From positions 245 through 64,244 of the forward strand of contig DASZOV010000138.1 in the NCBI GenBank assembly GCA_035550595.1: a stretch of 64,000 nt of DNA, read 5' to 3'. Source of the DNA: Vicinamibacterales bacterium. GTDB lineage: Bacteria; Acidobacteriota; Vicinamibacteria; Vicinamibacterales; SCN-69-37. The position numbers and the translations under genes are program-made. Shown here one piece after another: positions 44,143 through 54,100 of this stretch (position 1 is its first letter; every line of letters starts with the position of its first letter). The notes beneath the pieces are model-generated. The model did not search any database, was not told where the DNA came from, and saw nothing but the letters and a program-made list of their open reading frames with translations.

Positions 44143-47100
44143 CTAGAACGAGAACCGGATCTGCGCCTGGATCGTGCGCGGATCCTGCCACGCGTTGGCC
44201 ATGCCGAAGCCCGCGTTGCTCGGCTTCGACCGCGACGACACGAGATTGCCGTCCGCGTCATACGGCAGGTTCACGGCCGTCGTCGACGTGTTCGGGTTGG
44301 CAAGGGTCACGGTGGTGTTGCGGCCCGTGATCTGCGCGCTGTTGGGCGCGTTGAAGATGTCGAGCCGGAACTGCGCGCTGCGGCCGCCGCCGAGCCGAAT
44401 CGTGCGAGCGATGGCGAAGTCGAGCACGCTCGACGCGCATCCTTGCGCGTAGCCGTTACCCGATTCGAGGCCCACGCTGCCGGGCAGCGGACCCGCGAAC
44501 GCCGAGGCGTTGAATTGCCGGTAGATGTCATCACTGCAGCCCGCGCCGGGATCGCCGACGAGGCGCACGCGGCCGGCGTAGTCAGGCGATCCCGTGATGT
44601 TCACGTTGCCGCCGTTGCTCTGGTACGAGTAGCCGACGGTGTAGTACGAGCCCGTCGACGCCGTCCAGATGCCCGACAACTGCCAGTCGTTGATGATGTA
44701 GCTCAGCACGCGCAACGCGGACCGATCGGCCTGCAGCGTCGGTAACTGCCAGACGAAGTTGGCCTTCAGGATGTGCGTCTGCGGGTGGTTGTCGCCGAGC
44801 AGATCCTGCGCGTCGCCCTGATCGGCACGTGTCGTATACGTGCCGTCGGGGTTGTGCTCGAGGCGCAAGCCAACGCTGCTGTGATCGTAGAGGCCGATCG
44901 TGTCGTTGAAGCCGAACGACAGGCCATGGACGAAGCGGCGCTGGAAGGAGATCTGCAGCGAGTGATACGTGCGCCAGCCAAACGACTGGTTGCTCGAGAT
45001 CGACCCGTAGCCTTGATAGGGGCGCATCAGGTTCGTCGTGACCGCCGTGGCACCCGGTGTCGTGCTCGGTGTGAGCGTCGGATCCTGGTATTGATCCAGA
45101 TACGCCGTGCCGAAGTCGACCGCGTTGATGTTCACGCCAGTGACGATGTTGTAGCCGTGCTGGCCGACGTAGGAGACGTCGAGCGTCGTGCTCCAGGGAA
45201 GCGCCATCTGCGCACCGGCATTCCACTGCGCCGAGGAGGGCAGCGGGCTGTCGTACTGGAAGATGTTCAGCGCCGGCGGTGTCTTCGTCGTCAAGCCACC
45301 CGATCCGAGGCTCTGCAACTGGCCGTACTGGACGGTCACGGTGCCGGAGAACGGCGGGTTGGAAGCCTGCGGGAAAACCGAGTTGCCGCTCGGCCGATCG
45401 AAGAACAGTCCACCGCCGCCGCGCAGCACGAGGCGCTGCGTGCCGGTCACGTCATAGGCCATGCCGAAGCGCGGCCCGACGGCGACCGCCGGCCACGTGT
45501 AAGTGGTCTTGGCGATGCCCTGCCCGGCCACGAAGAGGCCATTCGCCTCGTCGCCCGAGTTGGGCACGATCGTGCCGATCGCGAGCGCGGTGTTCGGTCC
45601 GAGGAGCGCACCGGTCACCGGATCGAGCGCCTGTCGCGCGCTGCCCGAACACGGGTAGCTATTGTTCGCACACCCCGCCTGGTAGAGCGCAGGTGCGGCC
45701 GATGGCTGCCACTTGTCGAGGAGGAAATTCGACGTCTGGCCGAGCTCGTCGTACTGCGGCTGCTGGTGGACGAACCGCAAGCCGTAGTCGAGCGTCAGCC
45801 GATCGGTGAACTTCCAGTTGTCCTGCACGAACCACTCGGTGTTGTTGTAAACCCAGTTGCCCTCGATGTACGCGGGCGCCTGCTGGTAGGAGTCGAAGGT
45901 GCCGAGGGCGGCATTCGCGAAGCCGAACTGCGCGTCGAGCGGGTTGTTCGTGTCGTTCGAGAAGTTGATCGACCCGAGCGCGTTGTTGTTGGGCTGCTCC
46001 GCCTTGTAACTGTGCGTGTTGTAGAAGCCCGCCTTCAGCGTGTGACGGCCGGCGACCTTGGTGAGGTTCACGGCGATGTCGTCGGTCCTGATCGTGTTCA
46101 GGTAGCCGGGGAAGCCGAGGTTCGGCGGGTTGTTGGTGACGCGGTTGCCCCAGGAGAAGCTCGGGGGCAGGAGCAGGCGCGAGCCGTCCCAGATCGGCGG
46201 GTTGACCTTGTTCAGCACGCGATACGCGTAGTAGTCGGGATTGATGACCGTGGCATCCGGGAAGATGTACGGGAGGTCGCCGAGCCCGATGTTGTTCCGG
46301 TCCGACGTCGGGTTCATCTGCAGCGCGTTCTGACAGAACTGCGGTGACCCGCCGACGAGCGCGCAGCCAGCTTCCTCGGCTTGGCTGTGGCCGTAAACCA
46401 CTTCCAGGAACGTCGTGGGGTTGACGGTGTAGTCGACCGTGGCCGCATCGGTGAACACGACCGGGTTCTGCTGCCGCGTATCGTTGAACCCGGGGATCGA
46501 TCCAAGGATCGTGCGATCGGCCTGCCCGTAGGCGGCGTATTTGAAGCTCGCGCGCAGCGCTGACCATGGCTGGTAATCGAGCTTGACGACCGGCTGCCAG
46601 CCCGTGAGTTTCTGCGTGGCACTCTGCGTCACGTAGTTGTAGGCGAGGCCCGTGCCGTCGATGTTCGGCGCCGGCCAGTGGTTCAGGATGTTCAACCCCG
46701 TCTGATACAGCCGATCGGCCGGAATGCGGCCGAGCACGCCGCCATCCGCGAAGCACGCGGATTGATCCGACGCGCTGCACGCCCCGGACTTCGACGCGTC
46801 GCGGATGTACGGATACAGATTGCCGAGGTTGTCGTAGGTCTGGGAGAAGTCGCCCTGGCGTTCGAGCACGGTCGGCATCCGCCACCGCTGCGTGTTGCCG
46901 CCCGTGGTCCGCGGGTTGAACTCCTGCGTGTAGAAGAAGAAGAGCTTGTTGTTCCCGCCGGGCTTGCCGATCGGACCGCCGATCGAATAACCCCAGTCGC
47001 GCTGCTTCGACACGCCCTTCGGGTCGCCGTTGAGGATGTTCCGCTCGCTGTTGGCGTTCCAGTCGGAGTTGCGTTCGACGTCGTACAGCGATCCGTGGAA

Positions 47101-47829
47101 CTGGTTCGTGCCGCTCTTGGTGATGGCGGCGACCTGCAGGCCGCTCGACCGGCCGTACTCCGCCTGATAGTTGGAGGTCAGCACCTTCACTTCGGCGATC
47201 GACTCGACGTTCACTTTCATGACCAGCCGGTTGCTGCCGGTGTCCATCGTCGAGACGCCGTCCATCGTGTAGTTGTTGTCACCACCGCCGGTCGACGCGG
47301 TGTCGCCGACGCGGTTCGTGCCGCTGACGCCGGGCGTGAGCGAGATGAGCGCGTCGAAACTGCGCGTCGCAATGGGCAGGTTCTGCACGGCATCGGTCGG
47401 CACGGTCATCGACCGCTCGCCGCTGGTCGTCTGGACGGCCAGCGCCTCGCCAGTGACGTCGACGACCTCCGATACGCCACCGACGTCGAGCGTGAGCCGG
47501 CCGACCGACGTGCGCGATCCGGCGTTGACCGTGATGCCTGACCGGTTCAACGTCTTGAAGCCCGACATCACGACCTCGATCGTGTACGTGTCGGCTGGCG
47601 TATTCGGCACAACGAAGTCGCCGGTTTCGTTCGTGACGACGACCGGAGACTTCGTGCCCTTCGTGGCGCTCACGAGCGTCACTGAGGCGCCGGGCAGGGC
47701 TCCGCCCTGCGCGTCCGTGATCGTGCCGACGACCGAACCGGTCGTGATCTGCGCACTGGCTGACACCGCCATCGTCGTCATGCCGACGAGTACGGCCGCC
47801 AGGGCAGCTATTCCACGCGTCCACCTCAT
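44143..47829 (-). CDS. TonB-dependent receptor with an N-terminal CarboxypepD_reg domain (TBDR-1)
   Basis: Signal peptide ...AVSASAQ. CarboxypepD_reg segment GTITDAQGGALPGASVTLV...TGDFVVPNTPADTYTIEV. Plug and long beta-barrel. C-terminal AQIRFSF. Confidence 0.9.
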   Translation of the reverse strand: MRWTRGIAALAAVLVGMTTMAVSASAQITTGSVVGTITDAQGGALPGASVTLVSATKGTKSPVVVTNETGDFVVPNTPADTYTIEVVMSGFKTLNRSGITVNAGSRTSVGRLTLDVGGVSEVVDVTGEALAVQTTSGERSMTVPTDAVQNLPIATRSFDALISLTPGVSGTNRVGDTASTGGGDNNYTMDGVSTMDTGSNRLVMKVNVESIAEVKVLTSNYQAEYGRSSGLQVAAITKSGTNQFHGSLYDVERNSDWNANSERNILNGDPKGVSKQRDWGYSIGGPIGKPGGNNKLFFFYTQEFNPRTTGGNTQRWRMPTVLERQGDFSQTYDNLGNLYPYIRDASKSGACSASDQSACFADGGVLGRIPADRLYQTGLNILNHWPAPNIDGTGLAYNYVTQSATQKLTGWQPVVKLDYQPWSALRASFKYAAYGQADRTILGSIPGFNDTRQQNPVVFTDAATVDYTVNPTTFLEVVYGHSQAEEAGCALVGGSPQFCQNALQMNPTSDRNNIGLGDLPYIFPDATVINPDYYAYRVLNKVNPPIWDGSRLLLPPSFSWGNRVTNNPPNLGFPGYLNTIRTDDIAVNLTKVAGRHTLKAGFYNTHSYKAEQPNNNALGSINFSNDTNNPLDAQFGFANAALGTFDSYQQAPAYIEGNWVYNNTEWFVQDNWKFTDRLTLDYGLRFVHQQPQYDELGQTSNFLLDKWQPSAAPALYQAGCANNSYPCSGSARQALDPVTGALLGPNTALAIGTIVPNSGDEANGLFVAGQGIAKTTYTWPAVAVGPRFGMAYDVTGTQRLVLRGGGGLFFDRPSGNSVFPQASNPPFSGTVTVQYGQLQSLGSGGLTTKTPPALNIFQYDSPLPSSAQWNAGAQMALPWSTTLDVSYVGQHGYNIVTGVNINAVDFGTAYLDQYQDPTLTPSTTPGATAVTTNLMRPYQGYGSISSNQSFGWRTYHSLQISFQRRFVHGLSFGFNDTIGLYDHSSVGLRLEHNPDGTYTTRADQGDAQDLLGDNHPQTHILKANFVWQLPTLQADRSALRVLSYIINDWQLSGIWTASTGSYYTVGYSYQSNGGNVNITGSPDYAGRVRLVGDPGAGCSDDIYRQFNASAFAGPLPGSVGLESGNGYAQGCASSVLDFAIARTIRLGGGRSAQFRLDIFNAPNSAQITGRNTTVTLANPNTSTTAVNLPYDADGNLVSSRSKPSNAGFGMANAWQDPRTIQAQIRFSF

Positions 47830-47871
47830 GGGTCCTCCTACGGGTTGCGTCGCTTACGGGCCAGGGCTCTC

Positions 47872-47898
47872 GCGCCGCGCACACGAATCGTGCGCGGC
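47872..47898 (-). promoter_or_regulatory. intercistronic hairpin CGCCGCGCAC-N7-GTGCGCGGCG
   Basis: Perfect 10-bp stem in the 88-nt gap between the dehydrogenase stop (47918) and the TBDR-1 start (47829). Confidence 0.4.
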
Positions 47899-47917
47899 GT
47901 GTGTCATACGGCAGCGC

Positions 47918-50680
47918 TTACTGCGCCGAGCGCTCGCGGGCGGCGAGCGCCAAGAGTTCGTCGTTCGTCCACGGCCGCGCGCGGCCGGCGGTCTCGGCAC
48001 GGACCGAGGCGATGGTCGACGGATTCACGGGCGATCCGGTCTGGCCCCACTCGCGCCGGACGTACGTCAGGACATCGGCAATCTGCTCGTCGTTCAGCAC
48101 CTGGCCGACCGGCGGCATCAGACCGATGGAGCCTTCTTTTCCGTTGAGAAGAATGCGCGCCGTCACGTCGGCGGGACCGAGCGCCAGCGTCGAGCCGACC
48201 AGGCTCGCCGCGACCTTTTCCTGCCCGCGGCCATCGGGCTGATGGCACGCCTGGCAGATGTTCTGGTAGACCGTTCGACCCGCGTCGAAGCGGCGCTGTT
48301 CGTCTGCCGTGAGTGGCGCGACCGGTGCCGGCGCGCCGGCTTTGCCTGGCCAGACGATGCGCGTCAGCACGCGCGTCGCACGCGGGGCGAGATCGCCGCC
48401 GTTCGAGGCGAGGGCCACGAACGCCGAGGGCTCACTCGTGAGCTGGAGGCTCCGTCCCGCGCCGCCGGCACGTCCGCGGCCAGCCGTCGTGGCTCGCGCC
48501 GCACCTGCGGGGCCGCCGGTCACGCCGCCGACGCGGTTGAGACTCGGCGTCGAGTACGCATACGCGCCACCCGGGCCGGCGCGTCCGCCAGGACACGTCG
48601 GACAAGGCGTCGCGCCAGCCGCGGGACCGGCCGCCGTCCGTCGTCCCGTGGGAGCCGGCGTGCCCGGCATCGGCGCGCCGATGAGCGCGACTTCCGCGCC
48701 GCGCAGCAGGGCCGATCGTTGCCACGCGGGCCGCGACGCGCTGGCCGCGCCGTCGAGCACGTGTGCCACGGTCGCGCTGTCGTCGCCGCGGACGATCGTC
48801 GCCGCCACGGCCGCGATCGCATCGGCGCGCTGCGGTGTTTCTTCGGACGAGGCCAGCAGTGCATCGAGCGTGGCCGTCTCGCTGCCGCTGATGCTGCTCA
48901 ACGCCGCGTCGAGCGCGACCGGGTCGTCCGAGTGGTGTTCGAGGAACGCCGCCACGGCCGTCGCGCGCGCGGCCGCCGGAAGCGTGCCGAGCGTGGCGCC
49001 GAGTTGATCGCGCACCGCCCAGTCGTTGTCGCTCGTGAGCGCGAGGACGGCGGTGCGCACCGCGGGATGGCTGTCGTCGCCGAGCCATCGCTCGGCGATG
49101 CGCAGCGCCGCCGCGCGCACGTCGCGTGACGGATCGGCGAGCGCATGGACGACCGTGTCCGGCTCGATCGCGCCCAGGCCGTCCAGCGTCCAGAGCGCCT
49201 GAACCCGCGTCCGGCCCTCGGTGGCCGTGCTCGCCAGCGTCGTGAGCGGACCGACGGCCGATCGGTCGCCGCGCTCGACGAGCACGCGCTCGGCCGTGTC
49301 TCGCCACCAGCCGTTCGGATGGGTGAGCGTCTGGACGAGCGTGGCGACCGGCGCGTTCGACAAGGCCGGAACGGTCGTGTCGCGCGTGAGGCCGTCGTAG
49401 ACGACGCGGTAGATGCGGCCGAGCCCGGTCGGGTGCTCGAGTTTGCGTCCGAGAATCTGGTCGCGCAGGTACTCGGTGACGTCGGCGCGCTGTTGAATGA
49501 TGCCGCGATACATGTCGACGACGTACAGCGTGCCGTCGGGCGCGTTCGCGATGAAGACCGGTCGGAAGCGCTCGTCGGTCGACGCCAGGAATTCGCCTTG
49601 CTCGTATGCCTTGCGTGCCTGGAGTCCCGATCCATCGTCGTTGACGATGATGCGGCTCACGAGATTGGCGGCCGGCTCGGCGACGAAGGCGTTGCCGTAG
49701 AGATCCGGCGGAAGACGGTCGCCGCGGTACACCATCGGCCCGCAGGCCGAGGTGAAGCGCGCGAGCGATCCGTCCGGTCGATCGATGCCCTGTTGATACG
49801 CGCGGTTGGTGCCCGGCGTCGGCCGCACCGGCCAGACCGTGTTGACCTGGCCATCCGTGCCATTGAGGCCTTCGTAGCTGCCACGCGTGCGGAGGAGCGC
49901 GGGATTGCGCGCGAAGTACTGCGTCGGCACGAGATCGACGTGCAGCGCCGACTCGTTCGAATTCCGGTAGATGTGCCCCGCGTCGTCCTGGGTCACGCCC
50001 CACTCGCCGCGTGAGAGCGTCGGTTCGGCGGTGAACTTGCCGTCCGCGAAATGGAACTCGACGTCGCTGTTCGACGTGTAAATGCGGTTGTCCATCGCCC
50101 AGAACAGCGAGCTGGCGTTTTCCTCGACGCGGCCTTCGCGGCGACCATATCCGTCGGTGAGCTGCTCTTTCGTGTCGACGTGCAGATCACCGTCGGTATC
50201 GCGCATGAGCCAGACGTAGGGCGGTTCGCCGACGAGCACGCCGTGCTCGGTGACCTTGATGGCGCGCGCGAGCACCAGGCCATCGGCGAACACCGTCCGC
50301 TTGTCCATCGTGCCGTCGTGATTCGTGTCCTCGAGGACGACGACGCGGCCGATGGGGGCGGGATTCGGCTCGACGGTGTCCAGGTCCTGGACGAAGCCGG
50401 GCATTTCGACCACCCAGAGGCGGCCGGACGCGTCCCAGTCCATCGCGACCGGGTCCTGCACGAGCGGCTCGCTCGCGACGAGCTCGAGGTGATAGCCGGG
50501 CGGCATGTAGAAGGTCTTCATGGCGTCGGCCGGTGACAGCGGCGGGGCCGAGTCCGGGCCGGTGGAGACCGACTGCACGCCCGGCGGCCACGGATGACTG
50601 GGCGACTGACTTTGCGCGCCGACCGCGGCAACGGCCGTTGCGCCGAGGAGGATGAGGACGACGGTATGCGATCGCGTCAC
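47918..50680 (-). CDS. PVC-type heme-binding CxxCH protein (periplasmic dehydrogenase-like, HEAT-like repeats, cytochrome c motif)
   Basis: GTG 50680 preceded by GAGG. Signal VVLILLGATAVAAVGAQS. FYMPPGYHLELVASEPLVQDPVAMDWDASGRLWVVEM. Heme motif YQNICQACHQPDGRG. The ORF-track start at 50878 runs through the promoter and is rejected. Confidence 0.8.
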   Translation of the reverse strand: MTRSHTVVLILLGATAVAAVGAQSQSPSHPWPPGVQSVSTGPDSAPPLSPADAMKTFYMPPGYHLELVASEPLVQDPVAMDWDASGRLWVVEMPGFVQDLDTVEPNPAPIGRVVVLEDTNHDGTMDKRTVFADGLVLARAIKVTEHGVLVGEPPYVWLMRDTDGDLHVDTKEQLTDGYGRREGRVEENASSLFWAMDNRIYTSNSDVEFHFADGKFTAEPTLSRGEWGVTQDDAGHIYRNSNESALHVDLVPTQYFARNPALLRTRGSYEGLNGTDGQVNTVWPVRPTPGTNRAYQQGIDRPDGSLARFTSACGPMVYRGDRLPPDLYGNAFVAEPAANLVSRIIVNDDGSGLQARKAYEQGEFLASTDERFRPVFIANAPDGTLYVVDMYRGIIQQRADVTEYLRDQILGRKLEHPTGLGRIYRVVYDGLTRDTTVPALSNAPVATLVQTLTHPNGWWRDTAERVLVERGDRSAVGPLTTLASTATEGRTRVQALWTLDGLGAIEPDTVVHALADPSRDVRAAALRIAERWLGDDSHPAVRTAVLALTSDNDWAVRDQLGATLGTLPAAARATAVAAFLEHHSDDPVALDAALSSISGSETATLDALLASSEETPQRADAIAAVAATIVRGDDSATVAHVLDGAASASRPAWQRSALLRGAEVALIGAPMPGTPAPTGRRTAAGPAAGATPCPTCPGGRAGPGGAYAYSTPSLNRVGGVTGGPAGAARATTAGRGRAGGAGRSLQLTSEPSAFVALASNGGDLAPRATRVLTRIVWPGKAGAPAPVAPLTADEQRRFDAGRTVYQNICQACHQPDGRGQEKVAASLVGSTLALGPADVTARILLNGKEGSIGLMPPVGQVLNDEQIADVLTYVRREWGQTGSPVNPSTIASVRAETAGRARPWTNDELLALAARERSAQ

Positions 50681-50743
50681 AGGGACCTCGAAACGCGGGG
50701 AATCGCGACGGGGCGATTCAAGTGGATAAACGTTTATTCGTTT

Positions 50744-50803
50744 ACTGGTATTACATATCATACCAGTCGGCGCACTATAGTCGATTGCCGATTGGCGCGT
50801 CAA
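50744..50803 (-). promoter_or_regulatory. promoter P1 (TTGACG-N18-TATAGT) with perfect palindromic operator ACTGGTAT-N8-ATACCAGT 6 nt downstream of the -10
   Basis: On the + strand: palindrome at 50744-50767, -10 complement ACTATA at 50774-50779, -35 complement CGTCAA at 50798-50803. It lies 64 nt upstream of GTG 50680. Confidence 0.6.
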
Positions 50804-51064
50804 GCGACAAAGTCGTCGAAGAGAACCGACGGGATTGTCGGCGAATTTCCTCGTATTTTGGGCTGATTGCGCGCGCATCGCCCTCGCGTGCCAGGACGGT
50901 TCGCGCCACGGATCGAAGGCGGGCCGTGACGTTCAGTGGTGTACCAATATTTCAGAAGAGAGACATAGAGGATGAACCTTCTCGCGATTCACCACAGGCA
51001 GTGCGCACGCTCGTTCGGCGCCTGCCGAGGCGTCGACGAGCGTGCGCTCCAGGGGCGGCCGGGA

Positions 51065-51106
51065 GCCGCGGGAAGGGACACCGGCCGGCGTCCCGGGCCC
51101 CGCGGC
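51065..51106 (-). terminator. compound GC stem-loop after TBDR-2 (outer GCCGCGGG/CCCGCGGC, inner GGGAC/GTCCC)
   Basis: Lies 12 nt downstream of the TBDR-2 stop on the coding strand. Confidence 0.4.
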
Positions 51107-51117
51107 CGGAGAGATCG

Positions 51118-54100
51118 TCAGAACGAGAAGCGAATCTGTGCCTGCACCGTGCGCGGCACCTGATAGCCGTTGGCGACGCCGAAGCCCGCGTTGCTCGGCA
51201 GCGATCGCGACGTGATCAGGTTGCCGTTCGCGTCGAAGGGCAGATTGAGCGGCGCGTCGGGCGCATTCGGATTGGCCAGCGTCATCGTCGTGTTCCGTCC
51301 CGTGATGCTCGCCTGATTGGGCGCATTGAACGCGTCGACACGCAGTTGGACCGAGCGGCTGCCGCCCAGACGGATGGTGCGGCTCAACGACAGATTGAGG
51401 ACGCTCGAGAAGCACCCATCCAGATAGCCGACGCCGGAATCGAGCCCGACGCTGCCGACCGCCGGTCCAAGGAACGCGGCGGTGTTGAATTGCCGGAACC
51501 GGTCGTCGCTGCACCCAGCGCCGGGATCGCCGTTGATCCGCACGCGTGCCGCGTAGTCAGGCGACCCGGTGAGATTGATGCTCGATCCGTTGCTCTGGTA
51601 GCTGAAGCCCACGGTGTACGGACTGCCGGTCGACGCCGTCCAGATCCCGGCGATCTGCCAGTCATTGGCGACGACGGCCAACGCGCGCAGCACTTTCTGC
51701 TGGCTCGTGATCGTCGGCAGCGTCCACACGAAGTTCGTGTTCATCGTGTGCCGGACGAGCGAGGCGTTCGTGCCGAGGAGCGCGTCGGCCTGCGCCTGAT
51801 CGCTGCGGATCGTATAGGTGCCGTCGGCGTTGTGCTCGAGGCGAGGCGTGGTGTTCGTCGTGTTCGACAAGCCGATCGTGTCGACGAAGCCGAACGAGAG
51901 GCCGTGCGTGAACCGGCGCTGCAGCGAGATCTGGATCGAGTGGTACCAGCTCCAACCGACGGCCGACAACTGGCGAATGGCACCGTAGCCCTGGATGGCG
52001 CGGAGCATGTTGGTCGAGACGGCCGTGGCGCCGGGAACGGCGCTCGGGGGAAGCGTCGGATCCTGGAACTCCGGGAGGAAGGCCGTCCCGAGATCGATGG
52101 CGTTGATGTTGACCGACTGCTGCGTGTCCCAGGCGTGCTGGCCGACGTACTCGACGTCGATCGTCGACGACAACGGCAGCGCGAGTTGGACGCCGCCGTT
52201 CCACTGCACGGACTTCGGCAGCGGCAGATCGTGCTGCACGTCGGAGATCGTGGGCGCGCCGTTCAAGAGCAGGCCGGTTGTGCCGAGCGTCTGCAACTGG
52301 CCGTATTGCACGGTGGTCTGCACGGTGGCCGGCGGGTTGGTGACCTGCTCGGACGCCGTGAACTGCGGTCGATCGAAAAAGAGGCCCGCGCCGCCACGCA
52401 GCACCACGCGCTGTTCGCCGGTGAGGTCGTAGGTCATGCCGAATCGCGGCTCGATGCCGACCGCCGGATAGGAGTACGTCGCCGCCGCGCCGGGCACGTA
52501 GATGCCGTTCAGCGGGTCGCCCGTGTCGGGGACGATCGTGCCGATGGCGAGCGCCGTGCTGGGACCGAGCAGCGCGCCCGTGAGCGGGTTCATGGCCTGG
52601 CGGTCGCGCCCCGAGCACGGATAGGCGCCGTTCGCGCAGCCGGCCGCGTAGAGGAGCGGCGCGTCGGCAGGCGAGTACTGATCGAGGATGAAACTGGACT
52701 CGTGGCCGCTCGCATCGTATTGCGCGGCCTGGTGCGCGAAGCGCAGGCCGTAGTCGAGCGTCAGCGCCTTGTTGACCTTCCAGTTGTCCTGCACGTACCA
52801 CTCGGCGTTGTTGTAGATGTACCGGCCCTCGACGTACGACGAGGCCTGGCTGTACGAGTCGAAGATGCCGAGCACGGCGTTCGCGTAGCCGAACGAGGTG
52901 TCGAACGGGTTGTTCGTGTCATTCGCGAAGTTCAGCGTGCCGAAGAACGGATTGCTGTTGTCCTGCTCCTTCTTCACGCTGTGCGTGTTGTAGAAGCCCG
53001 CCTTGAGCGTATGGGCGCCGGCGACTTTCGTGAGACTCACCGAGACGTCCTGCGTCGGGTTCGTGTTCAGGAAGCCGGGGAAGAGGATGCTCGGCGGCGC
53101 GTTGGCCACGCGGTTGCCCCACTGGAACGTCGGCGCCTTGAGGATCCGCGTGCCGTCCCAGAACGGGGGATTGAGCCCATTCAGAATTTCGTACGCGTAC
53201 GAGCTGTGATCGAGGACCGTCGCGTCTGGAAAGAGCAATGGCAGATCGCCCAGGCCCGCGTTGTTCATGTTCGAGATGTCATTGGTGGGGATGCCACTCT
53301 GGCAGAAGACCGGCGCCCCGCCTCGCAGCGCGCATCCCGCTTCCTCGTTCGTGCTGTGGCCGTAGGTGACCTCGAAGAACGTCGTCGGACTGAAGCTGTA
53401 GTCCACGGTCGTCGCGAGCGTCGAGACGATGGGGCGTGGCTGGATCGTGTCGTTGAAGCCCGGCAGCGTGCCGAGAATCACCTGCGCACGCTGATCCCAG
53501 GCCGCGTACTTCACCGAGGCCCGGAGCGCCGGCTTCGGTTGATAGTCAATCTTGATGACGGGCTGATACGCCAACAGGTGCTGGACGGGCGCCGTGATCT
53601 GGTAGTTGTAGGGCAGGCCGGCGCCGTCCATGTTCGGCAGCGGATATTGATTGAGGACCGCGATGCCCGGCGCGTAGAGCCGGTTCGCCGGCACGCGGCC
53701 GAGGACGCCGCCGTCGGCGAAACACCCGGCCGTGTTGCTCGCCGAACACGGCGCGGCGAGCGTCGGATCCTTGATGTACGGATAGCGATTGCCGAGGTTG
53801 TCGTAGGACTGCGAGAAGTCGCCCGCGCGTTCGAGCGCCGTGGGCATCCGGAAGCGCCGCGTGTTGCCTCCTGAAGTGAGCGGCTGGAATTCGTGCGCGT
53901 AAAAGAAGAAGAGCTTGTTGTTGCCACCGGGTTTGCCGACCGGTCCGCCAATCGAGTAGCCCCACTCGCGGGACTTCGAGACCGGTTTCGGGTTGCCGTT
54001 GAGGATGTTGGTCTTGCTGTTGGCGCCCCAGTCCGAGTTGTTCTCGACGTCGTAGAGTGATCCGTGGAACTGGTTCGTGCCGCTCTTGGTGACAGCCGTC

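Noticed and set aside
50722-53874. Very long antisense ORFs opposite the TBDR and other genes (for example 50722-53874 +, 55136-57421 +, 44773-46347 +, 23132-24946 -, 1604-3151 -, 48432-50003 -).
   Set aside because: Their translations are Arg/Ala/Gly/Asp-rich low-complexity strings typical of stop-poor shadow frames in GC-rich DNA. The opposite strand encodes proteins with clear family signatures, signal peptides and RBSs.
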